From the IMG/VR virus record IMGVR_UViG_3300028833_000068, positions 96,001 through 160,000 of that record: DNA of 64,000 nt; one strand, 5' to 3'. A model generated the notes under the pieces. The model was not told the DNA's origin, searched no databases, and saw only the letters and a list, made by a program, of their open reading frames with translations. Positions 9,714 through 19,516 of the stretch are shown here, piece after piece. The stretch is from a virus. Taxonomy: Duplodnaviria; Caudoviricetes. Every line of letters begins with the position of its first letter. Position 1 is the first letter of the stretch. Both the position numbers and the translations under genes were made by a program.

Positions 9714-10397
9714 TTAAGCCCATACTCTTACTCTCTGTTTTGGTGTCATATGTTCCCCATACTTGAATGGGTCAACACCATTGTCAGCAATTTCCTTCAG
9801 TCTAGCGATAACACCCTCAAGCTCTCCAATGGTTTTAAGAGCCTTTACAACAACTGTCCTAAGTCCAAGCTGTCTTCCCTCACCATAGATTGCCTCATGG
9901 TCTTTGAAACGTTCGCAAACTCCACTATTCTCAACACCCTTAATGATATTGAGGATGTCTTGCTTCATATCATCAAGCTTCCAAGCCATCTTCTCAACGT
10001 ACTGGTAAGCTGCCTTTTCATTCTTCTTTGCCATTTCTTGAATATCCTCAATCAGTTTATTGAGTTCACCAAGACGCACACAATACTCTGCCATAGGTTT
10101 GCTTATTCCACGATGTGCAAGAATCTCATTGGCAATAGTTCCCCAAGAACGATATGCATGGTTCTTATACACTTTAATTGACTTCAAGGTAATCATTGGC
10201 TTCAGCATTTTCTCAATCTGTTCAGCAACAATTGAGATTTCCTTTTCCTTCTTCTTAGTCTTCTTTGGTTTGAGGTCAAGGAAACGTTTCTTACCCCTAC
10301 GAGTTTTCTGCTTTTCAGCAACGCTAATCTTCCATTCCTTAATGGTCATCTTAACACCATCAACGATGATATAGTTGTTTTCACTAACTTTTGCCAT
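9714..10397 (-). CDS. Hypothetical basic helical protein
   Basis: 227 aa ORF. Confidence 0.75.
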   Translation of the reverse strand: MAKVSENNYIIVDGVKMTIKEWKISVAEKQKTRRGKKRFLDLKPKKTKKKEKEISIVAEQIEKMLKPMITLKSIKVYKNHAYRSWGTIANEILAHRGISKPMAEYCVRLGELNKLIEDIQEMAKKNEKAAYQYVEKMAWKLDDMKQDILNIIKGVENSGVCERFKDHEAIYGEGRQLGLRTVVVKALKTIGELEGVIARLKEIADNGVDPFKYGEHMTPKQRVRVWA

Positions 10398-10408
10398 AAT
10401 ACTCCAAA

Positions 10409-10654
10409 TTACATTCTACATATGTTAATTGGTTCACTGTGTGGTAATGTCAAAATATCACCACATACATTATGAACAACATTAATTTCATTCCCAACAG
10501 CTAGCCTAACTTGCGCATCTAATACTTTAAAAAATTTATTAGTTTCACCATCCATTACGCAAACAGTTCCATTTGTATATTTGTAAAGAAACAAACCTAA
10601 AAACTCTCGTTTGACTAATGGGTCATAAAAAACAATGCAATCACCTCTTTCCAT
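10409..10654 (-). CDS. Hypothetical protein
   Basis: 81 aa ORF, tightly packed. Confidence 0.65.
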   Translation of the reverse strand: MERGDCIVFYDPLVKREFLGLFLYKYTNGTVCVMDGETNKFFKVLDAQVRLAVGNEINVVHNVCGDILTLPHSEPINICRM

Positions 10655-10658
10655 ACTA

Positions 10659-10976
10659 TTAATCCTCCAAACTTAATGAATTCTTCATATATTCTACTGC
10701 AATTTCTTTCTTCTCCTTATCTGTAAGAAGTTGCCATAGCATAACTCTAAGAGCCTTGATATCTAGTTCAGAAATGTTATGTACCTCATAGTTGGTATCA
10801 ACACAAAATGTTGAATTCCCGTTCTTGAACAGTTCCTTGAAGGTTCTCTTTTCAGTGTGTTTGAATAAACCAACCTTCAACTCAGTCTCAACACGTTTCT
10901 TTAGCTTAATCTTGCCATTTGCACGTGCGTCTACCTTTTCTTTGATTAGTTTCAAAGTTTCGCCTTTATTAATCAT
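10659..10976 (-). CDS. Hypothetical protein
   Basis: 105 aa, first gene after an early promoter. Confidence 0.7.
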   Translation of the reverse strand: MINKGETLKLIKEKVDARANGKIKLKKRVETELKVGLFKHTEKRTFKELFKNGNSTFCVDTNYEVHNISELDIKALRVMLWQLLTDKEKKEIAVEYMKNSLSLED

Positions 10977-11006
10977 AAAATTTCAATTTTTTGTTATTTT
11001 CTGCTG

Positions 11007-11054
11007 CAAATATACAAAAAAAAATTGAACTAGCAAAACACTAATTCAATTTTT
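11007..11054 (-). promoter_or_regulatory. Terminator hairpin overlapping a sigma-A-type early promoter
   Basis: Minus strand AAAATTGAATTAG-tgttttg-CTAGTTCAATTTT, T-run, then TATATTTG. Confidence 0.75.
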
Positions 11055-11062
11055 AACATTTT

Positions 11063-12583
11063 TTAGTATAAAGATAAATCATTTGTTGTAAGTTTAACTC
11101 TATTCTTAATTGTTTCTATTTTTTTCCTTGTTTCATCTATGTTTGAAGACTTTTTAATTATTGTTGGCCTAATAGTTTTAACAGTGAAGTTATTTTTCTT
11201 TTTATGTAAACATTTCCAATTAAACCAAGAAGAATTACATATTTTTTTATCCATATATGTAATCTTTACATCTTGATTTTTCCAAGAAACATAATTAAAT
11301 GATAATTGGTCTCTATGAGAACCATCCTTAAGTTCCTTAAACCAATCCTCCATTAACTTAACACAATCTGCATTATTATGTTTTCTAAGTATTATATTGG
11401 ATTGTAATAGTCCATATTTCTCTGGGAAACCTTCTTCCTTATATCTATCAATCTGTTTATTAACATTGTTGCTTGTATCTTTTCGCATACTTATAACAGC
11501 ACTAGCTTCATCATAGATACAATCTCTTTGTGGATGCTGTGGAACATATATTGAACAATCATCCTTCAATGTCTTATTTATAAAGTCATTTAAATCTCCC
11601 TTAAGTTCTACATTGCCATCAACCCATATTGAAATATCATAATCATTTAACAACTTATGAGCATTAATCTTAACATATCTTTGCTTCTTAACTTGTGATA
11701 AACTCTCTGTTTCCTTTGGTAATGGTTTAATATCCCAAACATCACTTTTTAAAGACGAATTATCAGTAAAACAAACATAATCAAAGTCTTCAGTAATATA
11801 TGTTGGTTCTATAAGGGCATCATAACCACCAGTTATGCAAGTATAAACAACTTTCTTGTTTTTTTCCATAGACCAATATCTCTTATACTTTTTAATCCAC
11901 TCTTCTTGGCTTAGTTTTTGAACTCTTTTAGAACCTAATGGCTTCCAAGAACCACTACCGTAATGAACAACATAATCTTCAAATTTTATGTCTATATGTT
12001 TAAACTTTTCTGCTTCTAAGAAAAAAGCTCCACCAGTATCATATCTATCAGCATATTTATTTATCTTATTGCAAACTAAGCCATGCATATAATTTTCATT
12101 AAAATAGTGTACGTCTTTCTCCTTACACATTTTAACATTGATGAAAGTTATAAATGGTAAAACTCTTTTAACTGTGCTCATCTGTTGTGTAATTACTTCC
12201 CCAGCATATATAACATTCTCATCAAATAAATTGGAACAATCTCTCTTTAATAATACATCAGAATCTAGCAATATGAAATTATCGTTTATCAATTCCATAC
12301 ATTTTTCAACACTATAACAATGTTTTGCACTACCCCATTGATTAATTCTACCTCCAGACCTATTCCTATTGGGATATTTCTCAAGCCATTTATCAAAGTT
12401 AATGATTTGACCTTTTGTGTTATCTAATACCAATACATTATCATAGAATGCAGTAAATGGGGCTTTATCACTATTATCAAAAATATAGATAATAGCATCG
12501 TCAACAAATAAATTAATACTCCTCACCAAACATTCGGTAAGGAGAGGAGTATTATAATGTATTATTACAAAACGTTTTTTCAT
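11063..12583 (-). CDS. Two-domain glycosyltransferase (GT-A N-domain plus DUF616/TOD1-MUCI70-like C-domain)
   Basis: FILLDSD (DxD); KVVYTCITGGYD, CFTD, SIWVDGN, HPQRDCIYDE, RDQLSFNY. Confidence 0.85.
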   Translation of the reverse strand: MKKRFVIIHYNTPLLTECLVRSINLFVDDAIIYIFDNSDKAPFTAFYDNVLVLDNTKGQIINFDKWLEKYPNRNRSGGRINQWGSAKHCYSVEKCMELINDNFILLDSDVLLKRDCSNLFDENVIYAGEVITQQMSTVKRVLPFITFINVKMCKEKDVHYFNENYMHGLVCNKINKYADRYDTGGAFFLEAEKFKHIDIKFEDYVVHYGSGSWKPLGSKRVQKLSQEEWIKKYKRYWSMEKNKKVVYTCITGGYDALIEPTYITEDFDYVCFTDNSSLKSDVWDIKPLPKETESLSQVKKQRYVKINAHKLLNDYDISIWVDGNVELKGDLNDFINKTLKDDCSIYVPQHPQRDCIYDEASAVISMRKDTSNNVNKQIDRYKEEGFPEKYGLLQSNIILRKHNNADCVKLMEDWFKELKDGSHRDQLSFNYVSWKNQDVKITYMDKKICNSSWFNWKCLHKKKNNFTVKTIRPTIIKKSSNIDETRKKIETIKNRVKLTTNDLSLY

Positions 12584-12591
12584 TAAAAATT

Positions 12592-13476
12592 TTAACTATT
12601 CGCCCAATTATTATTATCATTAGGGTCAATACCTTGACGAAGAAGGAACTTTCCAGTTACAATCTTATATTGTTTTGGGTCAAGGTCATAATCAATCAAG
12701 TCCCTTGTGAAATAGTCATACTTAAATTGTCTCAATTCATCAGAATCATATTCAGAATAATCCCAACCATTTACAATCTTATTGGTTGCCTTGTTAACAG
12801 CAAAGTGAGAATAACCTTGATTGTTTTGGAATGATTCTTCAGTTAAAGGCTTGTTATTATGCTTACTCTCAATATCTAACATTGCCTCATACCATTCACG
12901 AGTCTTTCCAGGATATTTCTTTCTGATTGCAATATTTCTACGCTCCCAATCAGCATTCGTCATTTTCTCTCTTTGTGTATAATAATCATCCATATATGCC
13001 TTGTCATCTAATTGGTCTGGAGAAAATGTCCATTCCTTCAAACACTTTTTAACTGACTTTCCAATCATTTGTTGGAGTTGACTTTCAGTTAATCTTATAA
13101 CTCTATTTTTCATCTTTATATTTCTTGATTCCTTTTTAACATATTTGCCATCTCTGTATTCAAGATTACCCTCATGCCAATCTTGAACATCGTTTGCTTG
13201 CCTATCAAGTCTTTTTAACTCTCCATTAGTATATGAGAAAGGCATCTTGGTTTTACCCAACATTCTATCCATTTCGTGACTATCCTTCCTCTGTTTAACC
13301 TTATCAACGCCAAACTGTTTATCACAAGTATCTATTGCATGGTCTCTGAAAGCTTCTGCTTGATTCTTTCTTCTTTCAGCTTCATATGTTGTTATATCTG
13401 GGCTGTTTGATAACTGCTTTGCTTTCGTTGCAGCAGCATCATAAGTCTTCCAATCCATTTCGTTCATATTAGCCAT
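12592..13476 (-). CDS. Tag-bearing modular hypothetical protein
   Basis: Internal RVIRLTESQLQQMIGKSVKKCLKE; start placed at MANMNE to avoid overlap. Confidence 0.75.
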   Translation of the reverse strand: MANMNEMDWKTYDAAATKAKQLSNSPDITTYEAERRKNQAEAFRDHAIDTCDKQFGVDKVKQRKDSHEMDRMLGKTKMPFSYTNGELKRLDRQANDVQDWHEGNLEYRDGKYVKKESRNIKMKNRVIRLTESQLQQMIGKSVKKCLKEWTFSPDQLDDKAYMDDYYTQREKMTNADWERRNIAIRKKYPGKTREWYEAMLDIESKHNNKPLTEESFQNNQGYSHFAVNKATNKIVNGWDYSEYDSDELRQFKYDYFTRDLIDYDLDPKQYKIVTGKFLLRQGIDPNDNNNWANS

Positions 13477-13480
13477 GTTC

Positions 13481-13750
13481 TTACCAATTTTTAATCCACT
13501 CAGCCTTCTGAAGTCCTTCATCTAGAGTGTCATTATCTGTACGATATAACTCTGCTGCTTTTGTTCCATCAGCATCATCAATATTGCTCTGAGCATTGTA
13601 ATCCTTGTCACCAAAGACACTACTTACCTTTGTAAGGTCATAGTAAGCACCAACAGCATAATGACCATTAGCACCATATACTACTGAATCTTCATCCAAT
13701 TTAGCTGCCATAGCCTTTAGGATGTCACTATCTTTAAATTTCTTTGTCAT
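13481..13750 (-). CDS. Hypothetical protein
   Basis: 89 aa; ATATTTATA at 13767-13775. Confidence 0.7.
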   Translation of the reverse strand: MTKKFKDSDILKAMAAKLDEDSVVYGANGHYAVGAYYDLTKVSSVFGDKDYNAQSNIDDADGTKAAELYRTDNDTLDEGLQKAEWIKNW

Positions 13751-13774
13751 AATTCGAATTATTTCCTATAAATA

Positions 13775-13806
13775 TTTGTTTTTTTCAAAAATTTAACATA
13801 TCTTTG
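13775..13806 (+). promoter_or_regulatory. Bacteroidota sigma-A-type promoter for primase
   Basis: TTTG ... TATCTTTG. Confidence 0.75.
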
Positions 13807-13811
13807 CAATT

Positions 13812-14846
13812 ATGAAACAAGAACTTGAAAAATTATACAATATTCTAACGATATTCCTTGGGGAATCAAAGGGAGGTTTTGATGAGAATAACTTCCAATA
13901 TCAATTCCCTTGTCCACACTGTGTTGAAAAATACGGATGGCAAGAAGCACGCAAACATAACCTAGAGGTTAATATCGGAAAAGGGGTTTACAGTTGTTGG
14001 AAATGCTCATCAGAAGGTGATGACATTATGCACGGTTCAATCAAGAAACTAATCAAGGCGTTTGGAAATGAAAAACTCCTTGATGAATATATGTCCATAA
14101 TGCGTTCCATTAGGGACAGCGAACTCTATAAATTGCATTTCAGTGATTTTAACATTGATACATCCATTGTTGAAAATGAAGAATTTAAGTTTCCATCAAC
14201 ATTCAAGTTCTTCAAGAAAGGAGAAAAATGTAATTATGGTGCATTGAAATATCTTAATGATAGAGGAATAGATTGGGATATAATTGAAAGGTATAAGATT
14301 GGATATACTGAGAAAGAGGAAGATTACAAGATGAAGAAATATTCATATCGTGTCATTATACCCTCTTATAATACCCTAGGAGACCTTAATTATTGGGTGG
14401 GTAGGGATTATCTACCCAAGAGTGATAAATTCCCTTCTAGGACAAAATATGCCAATCCAAAAGCAGAAAAAAAGGAGATAATATTTAATGAGGATAAAAT
14501 ACAATGGGATGCTGACATAACATTGGTTGAGGGTGCTTTTGACCACATAGTTGTACCTAACTCAATTCCATTGTTGGGTAAGGCATTGGATAAGGATTAC
14601 AAGTTATATTGGGATTTGATTACAAAGGCCAATGCCAACGTGAATATCTTCCTTGATTCTGATGCATATCAGACTGTTAAAGAGGTATATAAACTTCTCA
14701 ATCATGGTAGACTGTACGGTAAGGTCAGATATATACTTGTGGAGAATGATGAAGACCCGTCCTCACTGTTTCAAAAGGGGGGATATAAAGAAATTGCTAG
14801 GCATCTTGCAAATGCCCAACAAATTGATGAAGTGTATTTACAATGA
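13812..14846 (+). CDS. DNA primase (DnaG-type, Zn finger plus TOPRIM)
   Basis: CPHC..CWKC, YLNDRGI, RVIIP, GR..KYANP, LVEGAFD, FLDSD. Confidence 0.9.
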   Translation: MKQELEKLYNILTIFLGESKGGFDENNFQYQFPCPHCVEKYGWQEARKHNLEVNIGKGVYSCWKCSSEGDDIMHGSIKKLIKAFGNEKLLDEYMSIMRSIRDSELYKLHFSDFNIDTSIVENEEFKFPSTFKFFKKGEKCNYGALKYLNDRGIDWDIIERYKIGYTEKEEDYKMKKYSYRVIIPSYNTLGDLNYWVGRDYLPKSDKFPSRTKYANPKAEKKEIIFNEDKIQWDADITLVEGAFDHIVVPNSIPLLGKALDKDYKLYWDLITKANANVNIFLDSDAYQTVKEVYKLLNHGRLYGKVRYILVENDEDPSSLFQKGGYKEIARHLANAQQIDEVYLQ

Positions 14847-15164
14847 TAACCAACCAATTTCAACACTTATATCATCCCTACAGTAGCTGTAAGTGACAGT
14901 GGTGACATCGAAACCATTTGACTTATACTTTGTCTTAATCCTGTCTGCAAGAGTTTCTAACTGTCCCTTTGACAATTCAACCTTCATGTACCTTTTAGTA
15001 GTATATTTGACAGAAAAGTCTACTGACATTTTCCCATCCTTTGCTGCTGTTTCTATCATTGCGTCAATTGCGTTGTACAGACTGTCAAGTGCATCTTGAG
15101 TACAAGCCATACAAACACTCTTATAGGCATAGCTACGTGCCATTGCTGCATTAATCATATTCAA
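14838..15164 (-). CDS. Hypothetical protein
   Basis: 108 aa, coupled to upstream ORF. Confidence 0.65.
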   Translation of the reverse strand: MNMINAAMARSYAYKSVCMACTQDALDSLYNAIDAMIETAAKDGKMSVDFSVKYTTKRYMKVELSKGQLETLADRIKTKYKSNGFDVTTVTYSYCRDDISVEIGWLSL

Positions 15165-15523
15165 TCTATTCTTTCAAGTTTAACTTCAATTACACCTCCC
15201 TGCCATGATGACAGTAACATACAGCCCCAGTTTTCTGAGACAGCTAGAGCGGTCTTAACCTTTTCGTTTTTGTAGTCTACCTCTATTATTGGTAGACCAC
15301 CATTAAGGATTAAATTATTTATCTTCTCTTGAGACTCCCAATCAAGATACTCAAAATCATAAGGAGCAGCTTGCTCTTGAGGATTGTTAACATCCTTTCC
15401 GTATACCCTATATGGTTTGCCACTCCTCAGCAAACGAATCTCGTATACTCTAACAATGCTGTTAAGGATTCTTCCCTCATAAGCCACATTAAATGGCTCT
15501 TTTAATACTACTTTATTAGACAT
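15161..15523 (-). CDS. Hypothetical protein
   Basis: 120 aa after an early promoter. Confidence 0.7.
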   Translation of the reverse strand: MSNKVVLKEPFNVAYEGRILNSIVRVYEIRLLRSGKPYRVYGKDVNNPQEQAAPYDFEYLDWESQEKINNLILNGGLPIIEVDYKNEKVKTALAVSENWGCMLLSSWQGGVIEVKLERID

Positions 15524-15541
15524 TTTTTACTTCACTTTTTG

Positions 15542-15590
15542 CAAATATACGAAAAAAAATTGAGGTGACAAAACTATCACCCCAATTTTT
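15542..15590 (-). promoter_or_regulatory. Terminator hairpin overlapping a sigma-A-type early promoter
   Basis: Minus strand AAAATTGGGGTGATA-gttt-TGTCACCTCAATTTT then TATATTTG. Confidence 0.75.
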
Positions 15591-15598
15591 AACATATT

Positions 15599-18253
15599 TT
15601 ATGATTCATTTTGAACTGTCCATTTATTATCTTCATCTATTCCTGGAATACCATCATTTCCTATTGGCCAAGTAACACCATTTTTCTTTACAAATGTACC
15701 ATTCTCTGCTACATTAAATACCCAATCATTTGTGCATTGATATGCTGATATATCAGTTGAAAGGCACTTTATATAGTTAAGACTTATACAGTCGCAAAAC
15801 ATCTCTCCACAAGAATAATCTGCCATTTTAGTTACTTGAAGTTCTGGCGCTGTTTCTAATGCTGAACATCCTTTGAACATACCATTATAGCAATATTTCG
15901 TCAATGTCGTTGCTGACAATGTTGTTGCAGTTGTAGAAGTCAAACTAGTACAATCGTGGAACATATACGTATAACAACCCTCAGCTAATGTGGTAGCGGG
16001 AAGACTCGGAGTTTCTGTTAAATTCCTACAATTTTCAAACATTTGTTTATAACAAGAATTTCCTAACACAGTTGCTGGCAGATTTGGTGGCGTTGTTATA
16101 CTAGTTCCATTGAACATATATGCATAAGCTAACATAGGCACATATTGGGCGGCTAATAAATCACTAGGAACGCTAGTAATTCCACTACAACCAGCAAACA
16201 TACTAGAATAACACTGGTCTGCTAATACTGTTGCTGGTAACAATCCACTAGGAACACTAGTTAGTTTAGTGCCTCCAAACATACCAGCATAACATCCACT
16301 TGCAAGTTCAGTTGATGGTAAATAATTCCAACTAAGGCTTGTAATTCCACTACATCCGCCAAACATATTACTATAGCAATCTTTTTCCATCTTTGTTGCG
16401 CTTAAGATAGGAAGGCTTGTCAAATTAGTATCTGCAAACATATACCCATAACAACCCTCAGCTAATGTGGTAGCGGGAAGTTCTGGGCCTTCTACTAAGT
16501 TATTACAGTCATAGAACATACCATAATAACAATATTTAGTCAATGTAGCTGGAACTAATTTAATTCCACTTGCATCAGTTAAACCAGTACAATTCATAAA
16601 TAAATTAACAAATGGTCCATCTATTTCCCCAGTCCCACTTGCCTTACTAGGGAATTTTGTTTTATCTGCAAAGAAATCTCCGTATAGTAATGATAATGGA
16701 TTTCCACTTACTTTAAATTTTAAATTACTTGTAGTAAAAGTTCCTATACCAGGAGATGCTTGATAACCTGGAACTTCATTTGGCATAAGTTCTCCTTTAA
16801 AATAAATTACATCACCCACATTAAGAGAATCAACGTTAAGCCTTTGTTCACCGTGTTCTGTACTTGCATTTGGCACTTCTTGCCAAGTTGCCCCTTTATC
16901 AAGAGAAGCATATAACTTACCACTAGTAGTTCTATTAGTCCAATAAATTGCAGTTCCCCAATCTGCTGGGTCTACTGTTAATTTTTCAGTAATTTCAAAT
17001 GTTAAATATTCAGAACAAGCAACTGCTCCCATATATTGTTCTATATAAATTGTCTTTCCACTTTCACACTCTTCATCAGAACTAGTTAATTTTGGAGTAC
17101 AAGTACCACTTATAGTTTGTTGTGTATTATTCTCTTTAAACTTAATTAAGACTGACCTACCATCTGAGTCCAAAAATGGACTTCCGTCATTGTTAATTGT
17201 TCCTTCTGTCTCTACAAAAACGAAATTGTTAAAGTCTGATTCATTTTGTACAGTATATGCTGTAATTGTTCCGCCAGCTTGAGGTACATAGAACTTTTCT
17301 TGTGCTCGACTAATAGAAGAACAAGAGAAACTTGTTTTAGCCAATTGTGTAATAGTTATATCACTATTTTCACATTCAATTCCATTATTTTTCGCCTTAA
17401 TGGTAAATATTCTATCAGACCCTGTATTGTTTTCATAAATCTTTGTGATTTTAATTGGATTGGCAGAAGTATTTATATCTATTATTCCGTCAGTAGAGCT
17501 TTGGAAACCATTAATAAACACAGATGTTGTAAACGAACAACCGCTTCTTCCAATATTATACAAGTTTATATCTGTCGTTCTACCGCTATAAGGAATTATA
17601 GTATCACTTTGACTTAAAACCTTAGATAAGAATTGGCAACAATCAATCAACAATGGTGTTGCATGTAATTGCTTTATATTAACAACTTTATCATTACAAA
17701 GTTCATTATTAAAATAAGGCTTTATTGTTATATTATTATCAAGAAATATAGAGGTATTTTGTTTTGCAGATATATTAAAAGAATTACTATTTTTAATGGT
17801 TTCCTCAACGGTTCCATCAACCTCAAAAGTAAACAAGTCCTTGCAAGCACTGTCAAAATTATAAATGTTATAACTTTGCATTGCATTTGCTGGTATCGTA
17901 AGTCCATCAAGATAACTACTAGTTAAAGAACTGCAAGCACATGTAACACCAAAACCTTTTTGTACAATTGTCACTTGAGCAGCGTTAAATCCACTACATC
18001 TTTCACCATTAATGAATGGTTCAATTGTAACTATAGTTCCCCTATCAGCTTCGTTAGGGTTTGATTTTGCTTTAAGAGTTATTCTGTTGTCAGCAATGCT
18101 AGATAGTGATAACCAATCACTAGCAGTACTAGGTATATTTATGGAACTATCATAAATTTGCATTGACCCATCACTACATTCATCGCTTATACTATAGACA
18201 ATTGCAATATTGTGTTCATTTCTATCAATTTGTATCGAACGATTATCAGCCAT
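15599..18253 (-). CDS. Ig/BACON-like repeat plus Cys-rich leucine-rich-repeat protein, putative virion adhesin
   Basis: N-terminal N...R...IT..Q modules; about 12 repeats of LPATTLA..CY..MF..C..L. Confidence 0.8.
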   Translation of the reverse strand: MADNRSIQIDRNEHNIAIVYSISDECSDGSMQIYDSSINIPSTASDWLSLSSIADNRITLKAKSNPNEADRGTIVTIEPFINGERCSGFNAAQVTIVQKGFGVTCACSSLTSSYLDGLTIPANAMQSYNIYNFDSACKDLFTFEVDGTVEETIKNSNSFNISAKQNTSIFLDNNITIKPYFNNELCNDKVVNIKQLHATPLLIDCCQFLSKVLSQSDTIIPYSGRTTDINLYNIGRSGCSFTTSVFINGFQSSTDGIIDINTSANPIKITKIYENNTGSDRIFTIKAKNNGIECENSDITITQLAKTSFSCSSISRAQEKFYVPQAGGTITAYTVQNESDFNNFVFVETEGTINNDGSPFLDSDGRSVLIKFKENNTQQTISGTCTPKLTSSDEECESGKTIYIEQYMGAVACSEYLTFEITEKLTVDPADWGTAIYWTNRTTSGKLYASLDKGATWQEVPNASTEHGEQRLNVDSLNVGDVIYFKGELMPNEVPGYQASPGIGTFTTSNLKFKVSGNPLSLLYGDFFADKTKFPSKASGTGEIDGPFVNLFMNCTGLTDASGIKLVPATLTKYCYYGMFYDCNNLVEGPELPATTLAEGCYGYMFADTNLTSLPILSATKMEKDCYSNMFGGCSGITSLSWNYLPSTELASGCYAGMFGGTKLTSVPSGLLPATVLADQCYSSMFAGCSGITSVPSDLLAAQYVPMLAYAYMFNGTSITTPPNLPATVLGNSCYKQMFENCRNLTETPSLPATTLAEGCYTYMFHDCTSLTSTTATTLSATTLTKYCYNGMFKGCSALETAPELQVTKMADYSCGEMFCDCISLNYIKCLSTDISAYQCTNDWVFNVAENGTFVKKNGVTWPIGNDGIPGIDEDNKWTVQNES

Positions 18254-18295
18254 AAAAATTATTTTTTTATTTGAATTATTATTTGAAACATTTAT

Positions 18296-18481
18296 TTAAT
18301 TTTCCTCAAGGGAAATATATTTCTTAACATACTTATCAATATCTATTATCCTACCATCCTCATCAAAAAGTTTATATGTGGATATTCCATTTTTATTAAT
18401 CCCAAACACCACTTTATTATATGGTATATACTTTTCAATTGATGACCATGTTATATCATCTTCACCATATATTCTAGACAT
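18296..18481 (-). CDS. Small hypothetical protein
   Basis: 61 aa directly behind the amidase. Confidence 0.55.
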   Translation of the reverse strand: MSRIYGEDDITWSSIEKYIPYNKVVFGINKNGISTYKLFDEDGRIIDIDKYVKKYISLEEN

Positions 18482-18483
18482 GA

Positions 18484-19131
18484 TTATTTCCCTTTCTTAT
18501 AATTAATAAAATCAATTATTCCCTCAACGTGAAGTCTCACAACACCATGAACACCTTCGTCAGATGTAAGATATTTAAGGTCTTCCTTATTATCATAAAA
18601 GAAGTTTTCTGTTAATACAGCAGCACACTTTGCCTTTTTAATGATGTAGAAGTCTGCTTCCTTATCTCTATCACCATCAGTCCAATCTTCCCTTATCTTT
18701 CTACCTTTTAAATTGGAATCTGCCCTCTTATAAAGGAAATCAGCCAATGTATCTGAAATTGTCTTTCCTCTTGTAGTATATGCTTCCCAACCCTTTCCAT
18801 TCATCCATTGTGATGAATCTCCAACAGCATTCGCATGAACTGATACAAGAAGAACATTTGAAGCACCTTCCTTATTACAAATTGTGTTTATTCTTCTAAT
18901 CCTTTCAGCTAATGAAACATCTACTGTTTCTGGGGTAACCAATCTAGCATCATATTTCATATCTTTTAGTTTATCAACTATCATTTCAGATATTACTCTA
19001 GTATACTTCCATTCTTTGAATCTACCCTTTTCAACGAAGTCAGAAGGAACATTTAAGTCACTACCTTCAAGAATCGGGGATTGCTTTCCGAGCGTATTAT
19101 ACCCATGTCCGTTATCTATTAATATTATCAT
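18484..19131 (-). CDS. N-acetylmuramoyl-L-alanine amidase (Amidase_3), endolysin candidate
   Basis: ILIDNGHG, E, VSVHANA, AVLTENFF zinc and catalytic motifs; ATATTTATA at 19148-19156. Confidence 0.92.
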   Translation of the reverse strand: MIILIDNGHGYNTLGKQSPILEGSDLNVPSDFVEKGRFKEWKYTRVISEMIVDKLKDMKYDARLVTPETVDVSLAERIRRINTICNKEGASNVLLVSVHANAVGDSSQWMNGKGWEAYTTRGKTISDTLADFLYKRADSNLKGRKIREDWTDGDRDKEADFYIIKKAKCAAVLTENFFYDNKEDLKYLTSDEGVHGVVRLHVEGIIDFINYKKGK

Positions 19132-19174
19132 AATATTTGTTTTTTCATATAAATATCTTATTTTTTATAAAAAG

Positions 19175-19486
19175 ATGGGATACGTTTATTTAATTGGAGA
19201 AGAAAATGATGAAAGCAAATATAAAATTGGTTCAACCAAATGCAAAGACATTAACAATAGGTTGAAACAACTTCAAACTGGGAATTCCAATCCTTTATTT
19301 ATTCGTGAATACTATGAGACATCACGTCCATTCAAGTTGGAAACAATGCTCCATAATAGATTCAAGAATAATAATGTCATTGGAGAGTGGTTTGAACTAA
19401 GTGACGATGATATAAAAGCGTTCAAAGATGAATGCGAGCATTTTCAAACCATAATTGATAGTTTAAAAGAAAATCCGTACTTCTAA
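19175..19486 (+). CDS. GIY-YIG superfamily (T5orf172/MUG113-like) protein
   Basis: GYVYLI..YKIGST..RLKQLQTGN..LETMLH..GEWF; start moved to internal ATG. Confidence 0.85.
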   Translation: MGYVYLIGEENDESKYKIGSTKCKDINNRLKQLQTGNSNPLFIREYYETSRPFKLETMLHNRFKNNNVIGEWFELSDDDIKAFKDECEHFQTIIDSLKENPYF

Positions 19487-19516
19487 ATGAAATACGGATT
19501 TTCCTTATTTAAGAGT

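Noticed and set aside
18884-19174. N-terminal 97 aa of the 200-aa GIY-YIG ORF
   Set aside because: Overlaps the amidase on the opposite strand; the domain starts at ATG 19175
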